A stretch of 64,000 nt of DNA from Azolla caroliniana (taxonomy: Eukaryota > Plantae > Polypodiophyta). Below the pieces are notes generated by a model. The model was not told where the DNA came from. It ran no database searches and was given only the letters and a program-made list of their open reading frames with translations. Shown in pieces: positions 57,401 through 64,000 of this stretch (the stretch's first letter is position 1; each line of letters begins with the position of its first letter). The stretch covers positions 1,984,001 to 2,048,000 of the forward strand of contig JBHGNT010000021.1 in NCBI GenBank assembly GCA_043228905.1, written 5' to 3'. The position numbers and the translations under genes were made by a program.

Positions 57401-59419
57401 TCAAGCGCTTCCTCTTTGGACCTAATCAAGTAGGCCTAGACTTTTCATGTACAATCATCTACAAATGTGATGAAGTACCGGGAGCCTCCTTGTGATCGCT
57501 CTAGCATGGGCCCACATATATTTGTGTGCATGAGCTCTAAGGGTTGTCGTACCATCTCGTAGTGGAGAGAGTGCGGACTTCGTGTTTGTTTCCCGTATCG
57601 ACAATGCTCGCAGAAGTTCGTCTTTGCTTGGAGTTTAGGGATGTCGCCGACCGTCATCAGCAGATCAAGTCCGACTTGAGACATATGGCCAAGTCAGCCA
57701 TGCCATAAGTTCGGATCGGTCTTTTCGGCTACATTCAGAGTCCCATCTAGATTGATCACCATCAATGGTACAAGTTGTTGTACTTGTGCCCACTCCCAAT
57801 TCTAAGGTTTCCCCAGTTGATCGTCCATACCAACTCACTTAGAGTCGTTTTGCACCCTTCTTCGGCTAGCATGCAGATGGAGAGCAAACTCCTTTTTAGA
57901 TTGGGTACGTGCCGAACTCGGTTCAAGGTGATCATGTTGCTTTTTGACAATCTGATGGGAACCTCTCCAGTTCCTGTGATTTTGCATTCCTACCCGTTGC
58001 TTTATCGGATTGTGCCACTAACTTCGGCTGAATAGTTCAAGAACCATTCAATGTTGGGGGTCACGTGAAATGTGGCACCGGAATCCAGTAGCCACGTGTA
58101 TGCCTTTTGTGCACTGTAGAGGACTTCTCCGATCATTGAATCCTCTAAGGAGAGAATTTCTCCTTATCGGGTGTCAGCAACGTTGATTTGGCTGTCGACT
58201 GGAGAGTGGTCTGAGTCGGGTCGTCCTCGATTTTGCTCGGATCAGTCGGAAACATTGTGGCCAACTTTTCTGCAGTGTCTACAAAATTCACCTGATCGGC
58301 ATGTTCTTGACTTCGACCGATGTCGGTCTCCTCTCATCTTGGATCGATTGGTGTTTCGATCAACTATGTTGGCTTGCTCTCTCAATTGAATAAATTTGTT
58401 GATCGGCTCGGTCAAGTGGTGGGCTTCTGTCAACTCATCGATAGTGAGTCCCATCGATTTTCGCCGAATGTCCTCGATGAGGACTTAGCCGATCATCTCA
58501 TCTAAATTTAGGATTGGTCACCTATTAGTGTATGTCGTGCGGAATACCTCCCAGCTCGCCGGCAAGCTCGATAGGAGGGCAAGGGCTTTCACTTCTTCTT
58601 TGAAGTTGATCCTTTGTGAGGAGAGTTCTGACAACACCCGACTGAAGGCGTTGATGTGGGAGGTAGCCGGATCAATCTCTCTCATCTTTATGTTGAACAG
58701 TTGTTTGATCAAAATCAGTTTTGAAGATGAGGACCTTTTCTCGTACACAGCTTGTAGCTTCTCCCACAACGAGAACGTTGTCGTCTCTTTTGCCGTGCTG
58801 AAGTAGACATTTTCGGCCAGATGCATTCGAATGATGGAGCGGGCAATTTCATCTGTAGATCTCCACTCTTCAGTTGTCATTGAGGCAGGTTTTTCACTGT
58901 GTCAAATGGCTTCGACTTATCTTCTGATGATCATCACATCCTGCATCATCTCCTTCCATAGCACAAAGTTTTTGCCGTCAAATTTTTTGATTTCAACTCC
59001 TGTTCTAGATGTTGAAGCCATGTTCTTCTTCGAAAGTGAGATTTTACTGACCTAGTCTTTTTCTTTTTAGCTTTTCTATTGTTTGTTGCCGTCAAGCAGC
59101 AAGTCGCTCTGATACCAGTTGAAGCTTGTATGTGTGTGCAGAAACGTATATGTGAGGGCTTGTGGTATGTGCTCAACAGATTACATAGATGAAAGCAAGA
59201 AGATAAACAAAGAATATACACGATCTAAGCTCTAATGGAAGCTGTGATTATTGTGTCCGTTCTCTCTCTCTCTCTTTCTCTCTCTGAGACTCACTATACA
59301 AGAATGATCAAGCAATAGTCTTTACAACGTTAGGTTATCGCTTATATACTAAGCCCTAACTCTTTGGACGAGTTCACACTAGGATACAAAGTGGAAGGAG
59401 TCAGCATTTTATGCCAACA
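54227..59419 (-). mobile_element. Full-length but decayed Ty1/Copia LTR retrotransposon (~5.2 kb)
   Basis: LTRs 54227-54540 and 59120-59419 (TG...CA). tRNA-Met PBS TGGTATCAGAGC on the minus strand at 59106-59117; PPT GGGGGAG next to the 3' LTR; TSD CTTTT/CTTTC. Domains in Copia order: gag (CRHCRKVGHNVSD), protease (WLLDSGATFH), integrase (LRSDNGGEY), RT (QMDVKTTFLHG, LYVDNMLI), RNase H (GYSDSDY). Many stops and frameshifts. Confidence 0.95.
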
Positions 59420-60241
59420 CTTTCATTTATGAAAGATATTATCAAGTTTCGCTTTGTATATGTACATATATAGTACGAACCATACATACTTTTGTATTCA
59501 TTATTTTTTAATGTTAACTTTTTTAAGGTAAGAAAGTTGAGGTAAAAAATGTAAAAAAAACACAAGTATGTTCCCATAACATATGTATTCATTTGCAAAC
59601 ATATGAAAAAGAATGTTTGCAAATGCATTCGAGTATGTATGTATGTATTTGAGAAGTTGTCGATGACATTTAAATACCTTTTGACAAGAGTTTGGACCAC
59701 AGTTACTTGTTTTAAATTCAATGATTATCTACAAAACATTCCTCTTAGGAAAAGAGAATATTTGCAGATAAATAAAAACAATTCTTGTAAAATTTTAACT
59801 AACTCAAAATCCATTAAAAAAGCACAACATTTCAAAATCCACTGGATAATTAATGATGATGAATTGATAAACATAACTCATTATGAGGTTCAGTTGTGTG
59901 CATGACAACTTTAAGACTAGATTCTTTGTTGATTACATTGTTACACAATATCTACAATCTCCCAAAACAATTTCTTCAAAATGAAGAACTGGATTGAAGA
60001 ACACAAACATCCAAATTTTCTAATCACCAAAATCTTTTTAGACATTAACTCATTACAATTTCAAATACAATACAGTATCAACATATTGTTTAAAGAACAT
60101 GAATTCTTATTTGAGATTGGGTTGATTAAAAAATAACAGTCACATAATGAATGTCCAGAGTTTCTTGAACCATAAATTCATAAAGCATGATTCCACATGA
60201 CTAGATAGATAGTCAAGCACTGGAAATGGCGAAGATCATTC

Positions 60242-60845
60242 TCATGTGATTGATGGCTTTTCAACATTTGCCAAAGGACCTTTGAACCAAAACATGGCAC
60301 TCCCAAACCAACTACCAAAAACAAGGATGGTCACACCTCCTACAGCCACAGGTGCATAGTTCAGGCTCTCTACAGTGACAGGATATTGAATCGGTAAAGA
60401 GAAAAGAATTGTAATAGTAGCAACCCATAATACAGCCAACCATCCAACAAGAACACCAAAGGGCCCCAAATTGAATGGACCAGGAACAAAACTTTTCCTT
60501 GCTAATGTGACTCTAAACAATGATGGCAATGCATAGGCAATGTATAAACCTATGGTTGCAATGGAAACCATAGCTTGAAAAGCCACCGAACTTCCCAAAG
60601 ACTGCACAGAAGGCCAAAGAAACATTGAAGTACCCGTTAGGATCTCTTCAATCTAGATATTATATGAAATATTATTGAAGAAGAAAAGTTAAGGAAAATG
60701 TCTTCATTAACATACCGTTAATGCCATTATGAATGCAACCACTGCAGAGAGCCACACGGCATTCAGGGGGACATCCCACCTGTTCACAGTATGCCATAGT
60801 CTGGAGAACGGCATGGCTCCATCTCTCGAAAATGCATACGCCATC
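60242..60845 (-). CDS. BAT1: BAT1-type amino-acid permease, copy B: last two exons only (upstream exons not in window)
   Basis: Exons 60845-60716 (130 nt, same size and phase as copy A exon 7: MAYAFSRDGAMPFS...) and 60601-60242 (SLGSSVAFQAMVSIATIGLYIAYALP...WFKGP). Canonical splice sites. No preceding exon seen up to 64000. Confidence 0.88.
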
Positions 60846-61339
60846 CTATAGTAAAAGAATACAAATAAATGTTTAGTGAAAATCTCTTTCCAGAACGCAC
60901 TTTCTTTATAGTACAAGAATGCAATGTATGTTTGAGCTGATGCACCAAGCTATGTTAACGGACAATAGGGAGAGCACAATATGCAACCAGAGACAACAAT
61001 GTCCAAAGTATTAGTTTGTTGAGAGAATGTCCATGGAAGAATTTCTTTTGTGGATAGACCAGAAACACGATATGAAAACAATGAACGCTACATCATTAAA
61101 AAGCAAATACAACCCTTAAATTTACCAACTCTCATCTGTATGGCTAATAGATATTCCCTGCCCAGGAGGTAGACCCCCATACCTATCTACCTCCAATTGA
61201 TGCTGTGAGGTTCAGATCTGTCTAATCATACAACTCAATCCATGAGACAGATGGATATCCATATATCCAAAGGTGTAAAACAAATCCATCCGCAAGGCCG
61301 TGGAGAAGATGGAATCAATAGAAGGCTATCAACTAGGTA

Positions 61340-61487
61340 TTAAACTTGGCAACATGATTGAAGAGCTGCTCCCGTTTGTAAAAGCATGGAGACCAGGCAC
61401 AGGCAAATCTAGATTAAACTTGGCAACATGATCGAAGAGCTGCTCCCATTTGTGAAAGCATGAAGACCAGGCACAGTCAAATCTAGA
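61340..61487. repeat. 74-bp tandem duplication
   Basis: TTAAACTTGGCAACATGA...AAATCTAGA occurs twice, starting at 61340 and 61414. Confidence 0.85.
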
Positions 61488-61749
61488 TAGAGGCCTTCTA
61501 ACCTCAGATTCCATCCAAAGAGGCAAGAATCACCTTCATCTGCCAACAGATTATCCTAAGTGACCTGCAGGACTCGCCTATTTACCTAGATGGTGATATC
61601 ACCAAAATGTCAGTCCCACATAGAAGAGCTTGTATGCCTAGAGTACACCACGCATGGACAGAATGAGTGTCACCTAGTGTGATAGTTGAACCATCATTGC
61701 TGGCAAGCCCATCACAGGGCTGGGGATACACACAAAGAGATCTGCATTG

Positions 61750-62780
61750 AAGTTTGGAACACCAATGGTATCTAGGGATACATCTAGAGCACTCGAGGAG
61801 GTTATGAACAATTGATATATTATTCTACTCAACAGAGACATGGAGTCTAGAGAGGGGCCTACTGAGGATACATAGCTTCACGGGGAGTCTCTACACCAGA
61901 AGTGAACAAGGCATATACTTCCCAAAGATCAAGAGGGACGGTGGCCATACTCTTTCAAACGGTGCTGCAGACTAGGAATCAGCAACGGTTCGGTTTTGGT
62001 TTAATTGGTTTACCCTTGTCCAAACCAAACAGGTTAAGGCTTACCCGGGTTGGGAGTTTCCAAACTTGAATTGAACCGGGTCCTAAACCAGTTAAGACTA
62101 ACTGGTTTAGCCTAAACCGGTTTAGCCAAGCCGATAAAGCCTTGAGCAGTTTGGAAATCGGTTTAGCCAAGCCGATAAAGCCTTGAGCAGTTTCGAAACC
62201 GGTTTGACCCAAATCAGTTCGCTTCGGTTTGAGCCATCCCAAACTGAGCTAAAGCCGGTTAAGGAAGCTCAAGCCTAAACCTAACACAACTGAACCACCA
62301 AACCGTTTAAAAACAGTGCAGGCTTAAGACGAGCCGTTGCCGATTCCAAACTGCAAACCTAGATACTTATACAAACATAGCCCAGACCAAGATTCAAAGG
62401 CAGGTATCTTGTAGATGCGTCTACACCTCACATTAAGATTGAATGATATACATTCCCATGTGTCACTTTACTCTTATGTGTGCTCTAGATTTGTCTTAAG
62501 AGAGAGAGAGGAGCATTGCTCCACCAAGTATCCTCATTACTTGTTTTTTATATGCTCAGCATATAGTGCAATTTGTGAAAGCTATGACGATATATTAAGA
62601 GAGCATGATGACACGAGGGACACACTAAGGAGAGCACCTAGAAGGTACGTGCATAAATATCCTTTCTTAGGAAGAAGGCAAAAATCGAGAAAATGTGTAC
62701 TTAGGTCCCATGGATCAATATTGACCTCTCTATGGATGCTAAATATATCTTTATCTAACTATCTATCTATCTACCCTATA
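61750..62780 (+). mobile_element. Decayed LINE pieces in the BAT1-B intron: endonuclease-like 5' part and a 3' end with (TATC)n tail
   Basis: WNTNG...ETW-like endonuclease residues at ~61755-61850. HYLFFICSAYSAICESYDDIL matches HLLFTCLTYSAIRSRYVDIL of the 10.2-kb LINE. Shares the 3' UTR motif GGT(T/C)CCAT...TTG(G/A)CCTCT.TATGGA. Confidence 0.6.
61973..62350. mobile_element. AACCG-rich hAT-type MITE
   Basis: TIR TAGGAATCAGCAACGG / CCGTTGCCGATTCCAA, TSD CTGCAGAC/CTGCAAAC. A paralogous empty site occurs at ~63870-64000. Confidence 0.85.
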
Positions 62781-62861
62781 CATAATAGTGGTTACGTTGT
62801 CGCGTAAACACGTGTGCATGTGTTACTGGAGCGGGACCACAAGGGACTTGGACTAGGGAGT

Positions 62862-63849
62862 TGTAAAGATGTAGGAGTCAAAAGGGAGTAAGTCGAAGAC
62901 TCACACTAGTCGAAAGATCAAATTAGTGAAAGGTTCGCACCAGTCAAAAGATCAAACTAGTTTATCCATACACCATACGACACGAACGGATGGGAGAGAT
63001 TAATACACAATTAACGATTTATCATGTGATTAAGACCAAATGAAGTCATATTAGGAGCTAGATTTTAGTTTATACAAGAAAATCCCTTTATGGAATAGGG
63101 TTTACAAGTTGCGTAAGTCCCTTCAAGTGAGCCACAAGCTCAAGCAAAAGAAGAAAGTGAGAGGAAGCTTCCGGTGCAGGCAAGTCGAGTGGGCCACCGA
63201 GACCACAACTACCTCTGATGGCGACGATGCCTTGAATCGGGGTAGAGTGCTCGTGCCACTCTATCCTCCCAATGAACGACCAGTGTGTTTGCTTATCTCC
63301 TCCTCATTGACTCCACTTGAGAGTCAAAAACCTAGACAAAGAAGAAGAGAAGAAGAGAAGAAAACAAAGAAGTCGAACCGCAAGTGTCGAGAGCTCCTCC
63401 AAAAGCCAAAATCCCCAAAATGACCAATAATATGCTAAAATGCTAAAACGCCCAAACCCCTAAATGAGCCCCCCCCCTCCTCCTTTCATAGTAAGAGGGC
63501 CACATTTGCATTTATTCATTTTCTCTTCGCAAAAGAGAAAAGGAATAATGCTCATTAATCTACACCGCATTGTCAGATATTCAAACTCTGCACCTATAGT
63601 ACTAAGTGAACGGCACTAACCACTAGGCCATTCACTTTTCTTTATTATATATTTATCTACATAACTGTATATGCACAGTTTGTGCCTCCTTTTTCTTCCC
63701 CCCCCCCCCCTTCTTTTCTCCCGTTTTTTATACATTTCCTCTCTCCTCTCTCTTCACATGCTTCCACCTTTTGTTTTCCCATTCTATACCGCATTCCTAC
63801 CTTCAGCACGCCCACATCACGAGAACGCATTCAACTAAATGTCTCTACA
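62862..63849. mobile_element. Possible LTR remnant
   Basis: TGTAAAGA...TCTCTACA imperfect inverted termini and LTR-like composition. No TSD found. Confidence 0.3.
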
Positions 63850-64000
63850 TATTAAATGAACAAGACAGATATTTCCCAAAGATCAAGATGGGTGGTGGCC
63901 ATACACTCTCAATGGAGCTGCAGACCAAGATACAAATTGTCACTTGAGATCCGAAGGCATGTATCTTGTGGATGCGCTAGACCTCACCTAGGATTGAACA

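Noticed and set aside
63109-63423. 104-aa basic ORF
   Set aside because: Lies in an LTR-like low-complexity block, with no ATG start and no motif.

Overview
AT-rich, intron-containing land-plant nuclear DNA. A fern or lycophyte origin is only a guess from the TE repertoire. Host genes I could splice together by hand: three class III secretory peroxidases resembling Arabidopsis PRX64 (+ strand, 12251-13820, 23863-25343, 41716-43063), a 5-exon HINT1 histidine-triad gene that the ORF track misses entirely (- strand, 18531-21139), a complete 8-exon BAT1-type amino-acid permease (- strand, 27851-32043), the last two exons of a second BAT1 paralogue (- strand, 60242-60845), and an intronless secreted class-3 lipase with Atg15-like motifs (+ strand, 51348-52382). 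The rest is mostly transposon-derived: a deleted Gypsy element (823-6241), a full-length decayed Copia element (54227-59419), a hAT element with one nonsense mutation (47633-51253) beside a non-autonomous relative, hAT-type MITEs, solo LTRs, LINE remnants, microsatellites and a 100-N gap. The most unusual signals are: (i) a tRNA-primer-like site on the Gypsy element oriented opposite to pol, where a polypurine tract should be; (ii) the Atg15-like lipase with two hAT elements stacked in a microsatellite just upstream; (iii) tRNA-like A/B-box repeats inside the non-autonomous hAT; (iv) a crossed pair of perfect inverted repeats downstream of the lipase; (v) a repeated convergent peroxidase/BAT1 arrangement. 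All coordinates and family assignments are manual; no database searches were run.
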